IMG/VR virus record: IMGVR_UViG_3300010354_000084
Span: 233-64,232 of that record
DNA from: a virus
Taxonomy: Duplodnaviria; Caudoviricetes
DNA length: 64,000 bases
Reading direction: 5' to 3' (one strand)
Below are positions 10,717-22,554 of the stretch, one piece after another; within the stretch, counting starts at the first letter, position 1; the number at the start of each line of letters is the position of its first letter. The position numbers and the translations under genes were made by a program. The notes under the pieces are model-generated. The model saw only the letters and a program-made list of their open reading frames with translations. It searched no databases and was not told the DNA's origin.

Positions 10717-13700
10717 AATTGTACCTAAGAATTATACCTTAGAGCAGCAACGTCAAGAAATTAATTTGATAGGAGCTGATCTAGGCGATATCTCTTCGCT
10801 TAATACCCCATTACCTAATACTCTCTCTAGAGCTATTAATTATCTTGATCAAACAGTCTCTTCCTATGAAGGGACTGTTTGGTATGTAAGTACAGAAGGT
10901 GTTGATTCCATAGATGAAGATCCAGAATCTCCTGGGTATAGAAAAAATCCTGGTAGAACTAGAAATGTTGCTTTTCGAACAGTAAAGTATGCTTTATCAC
11001 AAGCATCTTTTGGTGATACTATTCATATCGGTCCTGGAGAATTTCAAGAAGAATTTCCTCTAACGGTTCCATCAGGTGTTACTGTAAAAGGTACTACAAT
11101 TCGCTCCACTAAAATTGTACCTACTCCAGCAACAAATACAAAAGATTGTTTCTTACTCAATGGTGATACAGGAGTAGAAGATCTCACAGTTGCTGATATG
11201 TTCTATGATCCCCTCCTAAACACAGGATGGGCGTTTAGATTTGCTCAAAATAGTATCACATTAGAAAGAAGTCCTTATCTACAAAGACTTACTGTATTAA
11301 ATAAAGGATCTGTTACTTCCACAACAGACCCATATGGATATGATGCCGATGATGCTGGATGTGGTATTTTGGTTGATGGTGCTGTAGTTCAATATAATAC
11401 ATTAGAACCAGCTATTCTTTGTAACGAAGTTACTCTTATTTGCCCTAATGCTACGGCAATTAAGATGACCAACGGAGCAAGAGTTGAATGGATCAACTGC
11501 TTCTCGTATTTTGCTGAATATGGTATTCTTGCTGAATCTGGTTCTGTAGGACTCGGCGGAGAAGGTAGAACTAGATTAAGGTTGTCTGGTGTAACTGGAA
11601 CCATTTCAGCTGGAGATATCATCAAATATTATGACGTTAATGGTAACTTAGTTGCTTCTGGTAATATTGAATCCACAGCAACTGGAAATTATGTAATTTT
11701 AGAAGATAAAGGAACTGGAACTTTTGCTGATCCTGCTGATAGAAGCGCAAAAATTTCTACTGTTGTTGGTAGTGCAGTATTGTCAACAGGACAATTTAAA
11801 TTTGGAACAGCATCGCTATTTTTACCAGGAACTACAGATTATATAACGTATGCTTCAGATCCTGATTTTGACTTCCAAGATGAAGATTTTACAGTAGATT
11901 TTTGGGTAAGAAGAACTGCTGCTGCTACTCAGGTATTATACGATCAAAGAACTCTCGCTGGAGATACTCAACCAGTAATTTATATTAATGGGGGTGTTGT
12001 ACGTTATTACACAGCAGGATCTGACAGGATTGTTGGTTCTACATCATTAGCAACAAACACTTGGTATCATATTGCACTTTCAAGAAAATCTGGAGTAACT
12101 AGATTATTCGTAAATGGTAATCTACAAGGATCTCCATATAGTGATACAAATGTTTATTCACAAAGCACGGTAAGGATTGGTGCTAATTATGCAGGAACAA
12201 CTGGTCTGACTGGTTACATCGATGAATTTAGAATAAGCAAAGGTATTGGAAGATACGACAGCACATTCACACCAGCTGTATTTGCTTACGCTAATGACGA
12301 TTTCAACGTATTACTTCTCCATTTAGATGGGTCAAATAATTCAACACTAATTAATGATGATTCAGTTGTTATTCAAGATATTAGAGTTAGGAATAGTGCT
12401 GATACATCTACGGTAGCAACTGCTGCTAGGATCATCCTTGCTGATTATCAACAATTTGGCGCTGAGATGAGATCAATCTCATCAGCGGCGGAGTTTGGAG
12501 AATATGGGGTAAAGGCAGATGGAATCGGAACAAAAATTCGACTAATCTCATTTAACTTAAATTTTGTTGGATCAGGTAAAGATTTTTCTCAGGATGAAAC
12601 TAATGCTATTTCAGCAAATGAAATTATAGAAGTTAATGGCGGAGATATTTCATACGTAACTATTGACCAAAAAGGTAATGTAAAAATTGGAGATGTTTTT
12701 GAAGTTGATCAAAGACAAGGAACATTAAATTTTGGTTCTCAAGCTTTTAGTGTATCTAGTCTTTCAAACTTAACTATAACAGATAATATAAATGCCGCTG
12801 TAATTACTCCTACTAATGTTACTGTAGGTAATCTAGATTTAAATGGAAACACCATTGAATCTACGACTGGAGATATAACAATTGCTCCTGCAGGATCTAG
12901 TGTCACTACAATAGATAGTGATTTATATGTAACTGGATTATTTAATGTTACGGGAACTCTAAGTACAAATAATGATGTAAATTTTGGATCCTCTGGCGAT
13001 AATTCAGTTGTTACTGTTGTTGGTCAATTTAATGCTGATAATTTAAGAATTGATGGTAACACTTTATCATCTACTAATACCAATGGAAATATTACCTTAA
13101 CTGCCAATGGTTCTGGAGTCGTAGAAACTGTAAATGATGTTAATTTTGGTGCTTCTGGAGATAATTCAACTTTAACTGTTGTTGGTCAATTTAATGCTGA
13201 TAATTTAAGAATTGATGGCAACACTTTATCATCTACTAATGCCAATGGAAATATTGTCTTAGATCCTAATGGAGCAGGAGATGTTGTAATTACTGGTGGA
13301 ACATCACAAGAGTTTAGCATTAATGATGGCACTACTACCAAGTTTAATGTTGCTTCGGTTAGTGGTGATACAACTATTGCTGGAGACTTAACAGTACAAG
13401 GTGGGGATATTACTGTATCAGCAGCTGCTACTAATATTTCTATCATCGACAATAATTCTTCTTCTTTAACTATCAAAGAAGGATCAAATTCATATATTAC
13501 TCTAGATACTACTAATGGATTAGAATCAATTACTCTCCACAAAAATACTAGTATTGGAGGTAATTTAATTGTTGATGGCGATATTACGTTTAGAGCAGGA
13601 AATGGATCTACAGGATCTATTACTTTAGGTGATGCTAATACTGATAGTATTACATTTAATGCCGAAGTTAGTTCAAATGTATTACCTTTAGTCACTAATA

Positions 13701-16700
13701 CATATGATCTTGGCAGTACATCACTTAAGTGGAAAGATATTTGGGCAGCATCTAATGCTTATATTGCCAATTTAAGAATTAATACCAATACTTTATCATC
13801 AACTAATACAAACGGAGATATTGTATTTGATCCTAATGGTACTGGAAATGTTCAAATTACTGGCGGAGCATCACAAAATGTTATTATTACAGATGGAGCA
13901 TTATCTAAAGTTACTATAGCAACATCCACTGGTGACATTACAACAGAAGGAGATTTGACAGTTAAAGGAGGAGATATTAATGTAACTAATGTAGCTACTA
14001 ATATTTCAATAATTGACAATAATTCTTCTGCTTTAACCTTTAAAGAAGGAACTAACTCTTATATCACTTTAAATACAACAGATGGTTCTGAGTCTGTTAC
14101 TCTACATAAAAATACATTTGTTAATGGAAACTTGACCGTAGATGGTGATATTACATTTAGAGCAGGAAGTTCCACTCCAGGTACTATTACTTTAGGTGAT
14201 CTTAATACAGATAATATTGTATTCAATGCTGATATTAATTCAAGTTTTATTCCAGATTCTAATAATAGTTATGATCTAGGTTCTTCTTCACAAAAATGGA
14301 GAACAGTATATGCTGGAACTAGTGGATATTTTGCTAATTTATTATTAAGCACAAATATTATTTCTTCCACAGATGCTAATGGAAATATTACTATTGATCC
14401 AAATGGTACTGGAGACTTTATTTTTAGAGGAGGTACATCTCAAGACTTTTTAATTAATGATGGATCAACAACTAAATTTAGTGTTGCTTCTACAACTGGC
14501 GATACAGTAATTGAAGGCGATCTTACGATTAAAGGTGGAGACATTACTCTATCAGCAGCTGCTACTAATATTGATATTATCGATAACAATGCTGCTGCTT
14601 TAACCATTAAAGAAGGAACAAATTCTTACGTAACTTTAACGTCCACAGATGCTACCGAAGCAATAACTTTACATAAAGATACGACATTTAGTACGAATGT
14701 CACTATTACTAATAATTTAACAGTAAATGGAAATACTCTACTAGGAGATATTGCTGCTACTGATACTTTGACAGTAACTGCTAGAGTTGCTAGTGATTTT
14801 GTGCCTTCTACAACTGGAACTAGAGATTTTGGTACATCATCTCTCAAATGGAAAGATCTATATCTTTCAAGTGGTGCTTACATTGGAAATTTAAATATTG
14901 ATGTCACAGATAATACCATCGCTTCTTCGAATACAAATGGAAATATTATATTCGATCCCAATGGAACGGGAGATGTTGTTATTACTGGAGGAGCATCTCA
15001 AGACTTCTTAATTAATGATGGCACCACAAATAAATTTACAGTTGCTTCTACAACTGGAGATACTGTAATTTCTGGAGATTTAACAGTACAGGGTGGAGAT
15101 ATTACAGTATCAGCAGCTGCTACTAATATTGCTATTATTGATAATAACGCTGCCGCTTTTACAATTAAAGAAGGAACTAATTCTTATGTAACTCTCACAA
15201 CCACAGATGCTGCTGAAGCAATTACCTTACATAAGAATACTACAGCAAGTGGTACTTTAACAGTAACTGGAGCAACAACTCTAAATGGTAATGTGACATT
15301 AGGAGATGCCACATCAGATACTTTAGCTGTAAATGCCCAGATCACAACCTCAGTAAATCCAAATTCTTCTGCTGCTTATGATTTAGGAACTAGTTCTCTC
15401 AAGTGGCGTGATTTATATTTAAGTCAAAAAGCTTATATCGGAAATGTTGGAATTACAGCAAACACTATTTCAACAGAAAATGTCAATGGAGATTTAACTA
15501 TTGATCCTAACGGAACTGGAGATGTTGTAATTAAAGGTGGAACATCACAAGACTTTTTAATTAATGATGGTGCCGTTACCCCAGTAACTAAATTTACTGT
15601 AGTTTCTACATCTGGAGATGTAACTACAGAAGGAGATCTTACTGTTAAAGGTGGAGACATTACTGTATCAGCAGCTGCTACTAATATTGCTATCATCGAT
15701 AACAATGCTGCTGCTTTAACCATTAAAGAAGGAACTAACTCTTATATCACTTTAAATACAACAAATGGTTCTGAATCTATAACATTACATAAAAATACTA
15801 CTGTTAGTGGTAATCTAACTGTAGATGGTGATATTACATTTAGAGCAGGAAGTTCCACTCCAGGTACTATTACTTTAGGTGATCTTAATACAGATAATAT
15901 TGTATTCAATGCTGATATTAATTCAACGATTATTCCAAATACCAGTGCTACGTATGATATCGGCACATCTTCACAAAAATGGAGAGATATTTATCTAAGT
16001 CAAAAAGCATATGTAGGTAATTTAGGTCTGACGGTAAATACAATTTCCTCAGAAAATACGGACGGAAATATTATAATTAGTCCTAATGGAAATGGATATG
16101 TTGAAATAGAAGGAACAAATGCTTTACTATTGCCAACAGGTTTAACTTCAGAACAACCAGAATCTAGTATTACTGGTATGGTTCGTTTTAATACAACTGG
16201 AGGTTATTTTGAAGGTTATAATGGTCTTTCATGGGGATCTCTAGGTGGAGTAAGATCTGTAGATAACTTAACTTACATTATACCAGAACAAACTCCAGGA
16301 GAAGCAAATAACACATTAGAGTTTTATACAAATAATACCAAACGATTAACAATTGGTAGAACAGATCCAGATAATCTAGCAAGTCCTTTATCAATAGAAA
16401 TTACAGATATTCCAATCGTAAGAATTAATTCCACCGATCAATCTACAAGTACAACAACAGGTGCTTTATATGTTGCTGGTGGGGTTGGCATAGCTAAAGA
16501 TGTTTATATTGGTGGAAATATTAATGTCGCTGGATCTACAGTATTTAACGGAACTAACACATCTACAGGAACTAGCAATTTTGGTGTATTGAATGCCACC
16601 ACAACTGCTTCAAATTTCGGAGAAACTATAACTTCGACAGCACAATCTGGAACAAATTATTTATTAATAGATTCATATACTTCTCTTGCTGCTGGATATA

Positions 16701-19700
16701 GAATTACAATTAATGGAAATTATTATGCTGATATTACTTCTATAATTTCTGGTTACATTTCTTCTGTATCTTCTTCAGCAGCAGATCCATCAAGAACTCC
16801 AGGAACATATTCAGTAACAAATATAAATGGTTCTAGTTTAGGAACAGCAGCATCCTTTACGATTACAATTGATTCTAATGGTGCTGCTTCATCTATTATA
16901 ATTGTTGATGGTGGCGCTTCATTTGTTTCCACAGAAACAATTACGATTCCAGCAAGTTCTATTGGTAATACTGGATCTGATTTAATCTTAACTATTTCTT
17001 CTATTACAAATAAAGTAGTAGCATCTTCTACGTTTAGTAATACACTTTCTGGATCATTCTTCTTCTATGATCCTCTAAAAATTACAGTATCTTCTTCAAC
17101 TGGAATTATTTCTGGACAAGATGTTCTTACATTCTTTAGTTCATTGATACCATCAGGAACAACTATATCTGCTATCAATGGTAATTTAGTAACACTAAGT
17201 CAGAATAGTTCTGGTTTACTTTTAAATGAAGAAGTAGTGTTTTTAAATATTGGTGATGTAAATTTATATGGAACATTTACTGCCGATTACTTAAGGTTGT
17301 ATGGTAATACTATTAGTACAACTAGAACAAATACTGATATTATTTTACAAGCAAATGGTACTGGAAAAGTAATAACTTACAATGATGTTACTATTGGAAT
17401 TTCCACCAATGAGTCTATCTTAAATGTAGTTGGTCAAACTAATTTAGATAATTTTAGATTAGATGGAAACACTATTAGCACAACAAATGAAAATGGTAAT
17501 ATCACTCTATCTGCCAATGGAACTGGAATAATTGAAACTTTAAACAATGTTAATTTTGGATCTTTGAGTGATGAATCAATTTTTACTGTAGTTGGTCAAA
17601 CTAATTTAGATAATTTTAGATTAGATGGAAACACTATTAGCACAACAAATGAAAATGGAGATTTAATTTTATCTGCTAATGGTACTGGTTCCATATATTC
17701 TAATAATAACGTTTATTTAGGAACATCTTTAGATGAGTCTCAAGTTTATATTGTTGGTGGATTTACAGTAGATACATTCAATTTAAATGGATCTACAATA
17801 TCAACTACAGGAGATTTTACTTTACTATCTGGAGCTAGCAACAAAATTATTTTAGGTAGTCCTACTCAAATAAACGCTAACACTACATATGGAAATACTA
17901 CAACTCCATTAGATATTACTGTAACTGTAAACGGAAATTTACAAGTAGATAATATTAATTTAAATGGCAATACGTTAAATTCCACAGATACAAATGGAGA
18001 TTTAATTATTGCTGGTAATGGAACTGGCGGTGTTTATATTGAATCATTGAGATTAGTAGATAATATTATTTCATCTCCTTTAAACACTACTATTGTAATT
18101 GACCCCGCCACAGTTGGAGATAACACAGGAACGGTACAAATTAATGGCGGTTTACAAGTCAATGGAACAAATACAACTTTACAAAACCTAAGCGTAACTA
18201 GCACCACTTCTGGAAATATTAAGATTGAAAATAATAGCATTATAGCTACAAATAACAATGGTAATATTTCCTTAGAACCAATAGGAACTGGTGTGGTACA
18301 AACCACATCTGATGTCAATTTCGGTACAAGTTTAGATTTATCAAAACTAACCGTTATTGGTGAAACTCAGATTGATAACATTAATCTTAATAATAATACG
18401 ATAGCATCGACAAATGGTATTGGTTTAACTATAGAAACTTTAACTATAACAAACAATGTTTTAGGTTCAAGTAATACTAATGCTAATATTGTTATTACCC
18501 CCAATGGATCTGGCAAGACAACTACAGCAAAGAATTTTGATGTTAATGCTACTCTAACCGTAGTTGGTCAATTCAATGCTGATAATCTAAGAATTGACGG
18601 TAACGTAATTAGTTCTACAAATACTAATGGAAATATAACTTTAACACCAGATGGTACTGGTGTAGTTGAGACTGTAAATGATGTTAACTTTGGTACGTTG
18701 TCAGACCTATCAACTTTAACTGTAATAGGACAGTTTAATGCCGATAATATCAGAATTGATGAAAACACAATATCATCAACAAACTCCGCTGGAGTAACTA
18801 TTGAGACATTAAAGATTTCTGGCAATATTCTATCATCAATTAACGCTAATGCTAATATTATTTTAACACCAAATGGTTCTGGAAAAGTTACTACAGTTAA
18901 TGATGTAGACTTTGGTACTTCTGGCGACAACTCAACTTTAACTGTATTGGGACAGTTTAATGCTGATAACTTGAGACTTGATGGTAATGTTTTAAGTTCA
19001 ACTAACACAAATGGAAATATTACATTAACTGCCAATGGAACTGGTGTTGTTGAAACTTTAAATGACGTGAACTTCGGATCTTTATCTGATTTATCAACTT
19101 TAACTGTAACTGGTCAATTTAATGCTGATAATATTAGAATTGATGGTAGTACAATTTCTTCAATTGATACAACTGGAGTCATAATTGAAACTCTACAAAT
19201 CACAGGAAATGTAATTTCTTCTGTAGCAACTAATGGTGATATTAATATCACTCCAAATGGAACTGGAAGAGTAGTAACTACAAAGCAAGTAAGTATTACT
19301 AATACATTAAATGTAGTTGGTCAATTTAATATTGACGATATTAGAATTGATGGTAATATTATTAGTTCCACAAATACAGATGGTAATATCACCTTAGCAC
19401 CAAATGGATTTGGAGTTGTCGAAACGATTAACAATGTAAACTTTGGTACATCAGTAGACTCATCGACTCTCACTGTTCTTGGTCAATTTAATGCTGATAA
19501 TATTAGAATTGATGGTAGTACAATTTCTTCAATTGATACAACTGGAGTCATAATCGAAACTCTACAAATCACAGGAAATGTACTTTCATCAGTTGATGCT
19601 AATGCTAATATTGTTTTAACACCTAATGGTTCAGGAAAAACATCTACAGCAAAACCAGTAGATATTAATTCCACACTAACAGTAGATGGCATATTTAATG

Positions 19701-21937
19701 CCGATAATCTAAGAATTAACGGTAACGTAATTAGTTCGACTAATTCGAATGGTAATATCACTTTAGAACCAAATGGCACTGGAGTGGTAGAAACAGTAAA
19801 TGATGTTAATATTGGATCTGTATCAGATCTATCAACTCTAACAGTAACTGGCGATCTACAAGTAGATAATATTAATATCAATGGAAATACAATAACAAAT
19901 ACAGATTCCAATGGCGAAATTATTATCAATACCGATGGTATTGGTGGGGTAGTTATTGAAGAAATTAGAATTGTATCCAATCAAATTACTTCGTCAAATA
20001 CATTAATTGTAATTGACCCAGGGGTTGTAGGAAATAATACAGGTGATGTACAGATCAAGGGCAACTTGATTGTAGATGGCGTAACAACAACTGTTAATTC
20101 AACAACAATTTCTGTCGATGATAAAAATATTGAATTAGGTAGTATTGATTCTCCATCAGATGCGTCAGCTAACGGTGGCGGTATTACATTACTAGCAGAT
20201 TCAAATAAAACCATTATCTGGAATGCTGCCACTAATTACTGGACTACAAACGTAGGACTAGAAGTTCAAGGTGATTTGTATGTAGATGGCGGATCTTTAT
20301 ACCACGACTCATCAACAAATAAATTAACTGTAAACAATCTAGAGTTTACAACAAATAGAATTAAGTCAAATAGTAATGATTTACATTTTGATTTAAATAA
20401 TTCATCATCAGATTTTATCTTTAATGGTGATATTTCTGGAAACAATGCTATTTTAACTAGAACTTCTGATTACACTCAAACATTAGGTATTGATATAGCA
20501 TCTGGTACTTTATCAACTATTGGTAATATATTCTCAACTAATTACAAAGCATTAAAAGGAATTACGGTATCAGGAAATCAAATAATCCAAGATTCTACAT
20601 ACAATTCAAATTCTTTTGGTGTTATTGCTAGATTATCAACCGCTGATACTGATGTTTCTTCTATTAGTGATGGAATATACTCTGGAATAACTTTATCAGG
20701 TGGATCTGGTTCTGGTGCTATAATTACTGTTGTTGTATTAGATTCGAAAATCTTACCAGAGAATATTACCATCACAACAGGTGGATATGGATATTTACGT
20801 GGAGATTCTTTAGAAGGTACTTTTGGAGGATATGATGTAATATTTGAAGTAACAGATATCACTGGATCTGGTATCAATATCATTCCATCCACAAATGGTA
20901 TTGTTAAAATTGATACTAATACTGGATTTAGAGTTCCTGTAGGAACACAAGCTGAAAGACCATCTACCGAAGCAGTAGCAGGATTAATCAGATTTAATAC
21001 TCAGCAATGGGGATTTGAAGGATATGATGGTTCACAGTGGGGATCTGTTGGTGGAGTAAGAGATGTAGATGGCAACACTTACTTAATTGCCGAAGCATCA
21101 CCAGCTGCTAATGATAATACATTCTATTTTTACAATGAAGGAACTAATTCCGTACAGTTAACATTATCTAAATTAGAATTAGAAACAGTTAGAACCATTT
21201 CATCTAAGTTTAGTTCAACAGAAAAATATGATTTAGTATTCAGTGAAGATAGTGGTTCTACTACGCTACAATTACAAGGTGATATTTTAGAGTTATCATC
21301 TTCACTTTCATCTGGATCATTATTTACTATCAAGAAAGATTCTGGAATAAATCCAGAATTATTACAAGTTACAAACACTCAGTTAATTTTAAATAATAAT
21401 ATTTTAACTGTTGATTATTCTTCTGCTCCAATTATTTCAACATCAGAAAATACATTAACACTAGATGTCAATTCATTAAGTTTTATCAGATTTGTAAATC
21501 AAGGATCTAATACTGGCGCTGTCGAAATAGATTATGACAATAATGGTCAATACGAAACATTTGTAGATAATACAGGAAAATTTGTAAACCTCGATGATTT
21601 TACATTAAAAGCTTCTAGTAATTCAAATGCTTATGATACTAACATTATCTTGTCTGTTTGTGATACTACCATTTATAGGTCTGGCAAGATTTTAATCCAA
21701 ACTTCTTCTGAACTATCAGAATTTGAAATTACTGAAATTACATTTATTGTAAATGACAGTGACAATGTATTTTTCTCGGAAAGCAGTGATGTATTCACTT
21801 CAGAAAAATTGGTTGAATATGAATTATCTGTAGTTAACGACAACCTAAATATAACTATAACAAAGATTCCTGGATATAGTAATGGTGCTTCCGTTGAATT
21901 TACTTCAAAGCTAACTAATACTTTAATTAAAAAATAA
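10706..21937 (+). CDS. Giant tail-fibre-like virion protein (3743 aa): pectin-lyase-like beta-helix, LamG/ConA-like domain and long beta-repeat shaft
   Basis: N-terminal YTLEQQRQEIN; WYVS..G.D / IHIGPGEFQEEFPL..P beta-helix start; LamG-like DFTVDFW...WYHIALSR...GYIDEFRISKG; many NLRIDGNTLSSTNTNGNITL repeats; two RFNT....FEGY.G..WGS.GGV motifs. Confidence 0.75.
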   Translation: MAVRIVPKNYTLEQQRQEINLIGADLGDISSLNTPLPNTLSRAINYLDQTVSSYEGTVWYVSTEGVDSIDEDPESPGYRKNPGRTRNVAFRTVKYALSQASFGDTIHIGPGEFQEEFPLTVPSGVTVKGTTIRSTKIVPTPATNTKDCFLLNGDTGVEDLTVADMFYDPLLNTGWAFRFAQNSITLERSPYLQRLTVLNKGSVTSTTDPYGYDADDAGCGILVDGAVVQYNTLEPAILCNEVTLICPNATAIKMTNGARVEWINCFSYFAEYGILAESGSVGLGGEGRTRLRLSGVTGTISAGDIIKYYDVNGNLVASGNIESTATGNYVILEDKGTGTFADPADRSAKISTVVGSAVLSTGQFKFGTASLFLPGTTDYITYASDPDFDFQDEDFTVDFWVRRTAAATQVLYDQRTLAGDTQPVIYINGGVVRYYTAGSDRIVGSTSLATNTWYHIALSRKSGVTRLFVNGNLQGSPYSDTNVYSQSTVRIGANYAGTTGLTGYIDEFRISKGIGRYDSTFTPAVFAYANDDFNVLLLHLDGSNNSTLINDDSVVIQDIRVRNSADTSTVATAARIILADYQQFGAEMRSISSAAEFGEYGVKADGIGTKIRLISFNLNFVGSGKDFSQDETNAISANEIIEVNGGDISYVTIDQKGNVKIGDVFEVDQRQGTLNFGSQAFSVSSLSNLTITDNINAAVITPTNVTVGNLDLNGNTIESTTGDITIAPAGSSVTTIDSDLYVTGLFNVTGTLSTNNDVNFGSSGDNSVVTVVGQFNADNLRIDGNTLSSTNTNGNITLTANGSGVVETVNDVNFGASGDNSTLTVVGQFNADNLRIDGNTLSSTNANGNIVLDPNGAGDVVITGGTSQEFSINDGTTTKFNVASVSGDTTIAGDLTVQGGDITVSAAATNISIIDNNSSSLTIKEGSNSYITLDTTNGLESITLHKNTSIGGNLIVDGDITFRAGNGSTGSITLGDANTDSITFNAEVSSNVLPLVTNTYDLGSTSLKWKDIWAASNAYIANLRINTNTLSSTNTNGDIVFDPNGTGNVQITGGASQNVIITDGALSKVTIATSTGDITTEGDLTVKGGDINVTNVATNISIIDNNSSALTFKEGTNSYITLNTTDGSESVTLHKNTFVNGNLTVDGDITFRAGSSTPGTITLGDLNTDNIVFNADINSSFIPDSNNSYDLGSSSQKWRTVYAGTSGYFANLLLSTNIISSTDANGNITIDPNGTGDFIFRGGTSQDFLINDGSTTKFSVASTTGDTVIEGDLTIKGGDITLSAAATNIDIIDNNAAALTIKEGTNSYVTLTSTDATEAITLHKDTTFSTNVTITNNLTVNGNTLLGDIAATDTLTVTARVASDFVPSTTGTRDFGTSSLKWKDLYLSSGAYIGNLNIDVTDNTIASSNTNGNIIFDPNGTGDVVITGGASQDFLINDGTTNKFTVASTTGDTVISGDLTVQGGDITVSAAATNIAIIDNNAAAFTIKEGTNSYVTLTTTDAAEAITLHKNTTASGTLTVTGATTLNGNVTLGDATSDTLAVNAQITTSVNPNSSAAYDLGTSSLKWRDLYLSQKAYIGNVGITANTISTENVNGDLTIDPNGTGDVVIKGGTSQDFLINDGAVTPVTKFTVVSTSGDVTTEGDLTVKGGDITVSAAATNIAIIDNNAAALTIKEGTNSYITLNTTNGSESITLHKNTTVSGNLTVDGDITFRAGSSTPGTITLGDLNTDNIVFNADINSTIIPNTSATYDIGTSSQKWRDIYLSQKAYVGNLGLTVNTISSENTDGNIIISPNGNGYVEIEGTNALLLPTGLTSEQPESSITGMVRFNTTGGYFEGYNGLSWGSLGGVRSVDNLTYIIPEQTPGEANNTLEFYTNNTKRLTIGRTDPDNLASPLSIEITDIPIVRINSTDQSTSTTTGALYVAGGVGIAKDVYIGGNINVAGSTVFNGTNTSTGTSNFGVLNATTTASNFGETITSTAQSGTNYLLIDSYTSLAAGYRITINGNYYADITSIISGYISSVSSSAADPSRTPGTYSVTNINGSSLGTAASFTITIDSNGAASSIIIVDGGASFVSTETITIPASSIGNTGSDLILTISSITNKVVASSTFSNTLSGSFFFYDPLKITVSSSTGIISGQDVLTFFSSLIPSGTTISAINGNLVTLSQNSSGLLLNEEVVFLNIGDVNLYGTFTADYLRLYGNTISTTRTNTDIILQANGTGKVITYNDVTIGISTNESILNVVGQTNLDNFRLDGNTISTTNENGNITLSANGTGIIETLNNVNFGSLSDESIFTVVGQTNLDNFRLDGNTISTTNENGDLILSANGTGSIYSNNNVYLGTSLDESQVYIVGGFTVDTFNLNGSTISTTGDFTLLSGASNKIILGSPTQINANTTYGNTTTPLDITVTVNGNLQVDNINLNGNTLNSTDTNGDLIIAGNGTGGVYIESLRLVDNIISSPLNTTIVIDPATVGDNTGTVQINGGLQVNGTNTTLQNLSVTSTTSGNIKIENNSIIATNNNGNISLEPIGTGVVQTTSDVNFGTSLDLSKLTVIGETQIDNINLNNNTIASTNGIGLTIETLTITNNVLGSSNTNANIVITPNGSGKTTTAKNFDVNATLTVVGQFNADNLRIDGNVISSTNTNGNITLTPDGTGVVETVNDVNFGTLSDLSTLTVIGQFNADNIRIDENTISSTNSAGVTIETLKISGNILSSINANANIILTPNGSGKVTTVNDVDFGTSGDNSTLTVLGQFNADNLRLDGNVLSSTNTNGNITLTANGTGVVETLNDVNFGSLSDLSTLTVTGQFNADNIRIDGSTISSIDTTGVIIETLQITGNVISSVATNGDINITPNGTGRVVTTKQVSITNTLNVVGQFNIDDIRIDGNIISSTNTDGNITLAPNGFGVVETINNVNFGTSVDSSTLTVLGQFNADNIRIDGSTISSIDTTGVIIETLQITGNVLSSVDANANIVLTPNGSGKTSTAKPVDINSTLTVDGIFNADNLRINGNVISSTNSNGNITLEPNGTGVVETVNDVNIGSVSDLSTLTVTGDLQVDNININGNTITNTDSNGEIIINTDGIGGVVIEEIRIVSNQITSSNTLIVIDPGVVGNNTGDVQIKGNLIVDGVTTTVNSTTISVDDKNIELGSIDSPSDASANGGGITLLADSNKTIIWNAATNYWTTNVGLEVQGDLYVDGGSLYHDSSTNKLTVNNLEFTTNRIKSNSNDLHFDLNNSSSDFIFNGDISGNNAILTRTSDYTQTLGIDIASGTLSTIGNIFSTNYKALKGITVSGNQIIQDSTYNSNSFGVIARLSTADTDVSSISDGIYSGITLSGGSGSGAIITVVVLDSKILPENITITTGGYGYLRGDSLEGTFGGYDVIFEVTDITGSGINIIPSTNGIVKIDTNTGFRVPVGTQAERPSTEAVAGLIRFNTQQWGFEGYDGSQWGSVGGVRDVDGNTYLIAEASPAANDNTFYFYNEGTNSVQLTLSKLELETVRTISSKFSSTEKYDLVFSEDSGSTTLQLQGDILELSSSLSSGSLFTIKKDSGINPELLQVTNTQLILNNNILTVDYSSAPIISTSENTLTLDVNSLSFIRFVNQGSNTGAVEIDYDNNGQYETFVDNTGKFVNLDDFTLKASSNSNAYDTNIILSVCDTTIYRSGKILIQTSSELSEFEITEITFIVNDSDNVFFSESSDVFTSEKLVEYELSVVNDNLNITITKIPGYSNGASVEFTSKLTNTLIKK
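14138..15926 (+). repeat. 106-bp identical direct repeat, copies at 14138-14243 and 15821-15926
   Basis: gtagatggtgatattacatttagagcaggaagttccactccaggtact...gctgatattaattcaa is present twice. Confidence 0.85.
19111..19582 (+). repeat. 103-bp near-identical direct repeat, copies at 19111-19213 and 19480-19582
   Basis: tggtcaatttaatgctgataatattagaattgatggtagt...cacaggaaatgta twice, with one synonymous mismatch seen. Confidence 0.85.
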
Positions 21938-22500
21938 TGTCAAAGCAGAATTTTATTGCTGGTAAAGGGTTCAGTGTAGAAAATGATGATGGAATAGTAA
22001 CTTCATTTTTAGAAGTAGATGATACTAATAATGTAGAACTAAAAAATATTACAAAAGTAAAACAGAATCATACTTTCCTGAAAGATCTGTCACAAAAAAA
22101 TAGTTATGTTTTAGTTGCCAGGACTGGTTTTACTAGCTCTATCCAGAATTTCACATTAGGTGATTATACTGTAACTTTAGGAGTATATCCAGAATTACCA
22201 AATAATTCAATTAATATAATAAAAACAAATATAGTAGCTACTAATACTAGTTCTTCGATATATAAGTATTCGTTAAATTACGATTTAAGCGTTTTATGTG
22301 AAAACAATACTATAACCGAAATTAGTGATACACAGACTGTATTTGTAGATGATTTTCCTACAAATATAACTTGGTCAGTGGAACCATATTATGCTGGAAG
22401 ATCTATATCTTTTACTGCTGAAGGAAATCCTGGAATTGTAGGACAGCAAGTAACTTGGATGTGCTACATGGAAATTATTTCATCTGTTTTTTCTTCATAA
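21937..22500 (+). CDS. Hypothetical virion/fibre-associated protein (187 aa)
   Basis: TAATG stop/start overlap with the 3743-aa gene; beta-rich composition. Confidence 0.7.
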   Translation: MSKQNFIAGKGFSVENDDGIVTSFLEVDDTNNVELKNITKVKQNHTFLKDLSQKNSYVLVARTGFTSSIQNFTLGDYTVTLGVYPELPNNSINIIKTNIVATNTSSSIYKYSLNYDLSVLCENNTITEISDTQTVFVDDFPTNITWSVEPYYAGRSISFTAEGNPGIVGQQVTWMCYMEIISSVFSS

Positions 22501-22503
22501 ATA
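22496..22503 (+). promoter_or_regulatory. Late promoter CATAAATA upstream of the 5499-aa gene
   Basis: One-base variant of TATAAATA about 50 nt upstream of the ATG. Confidence 0.65.
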
Positions 22504-22554
22504 CTTTCATATAAAGGGTTTTTACTTTTTAACAATAATCGGGGTTATTAAAAA

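Noticed and set aside
13186-20892. Many minus-strand ORFs of 70-170 aa within the 3743-aa gene
   Set aside because: Expected from the codon bias of a repetitive + strand gene; they mirror its repeats.
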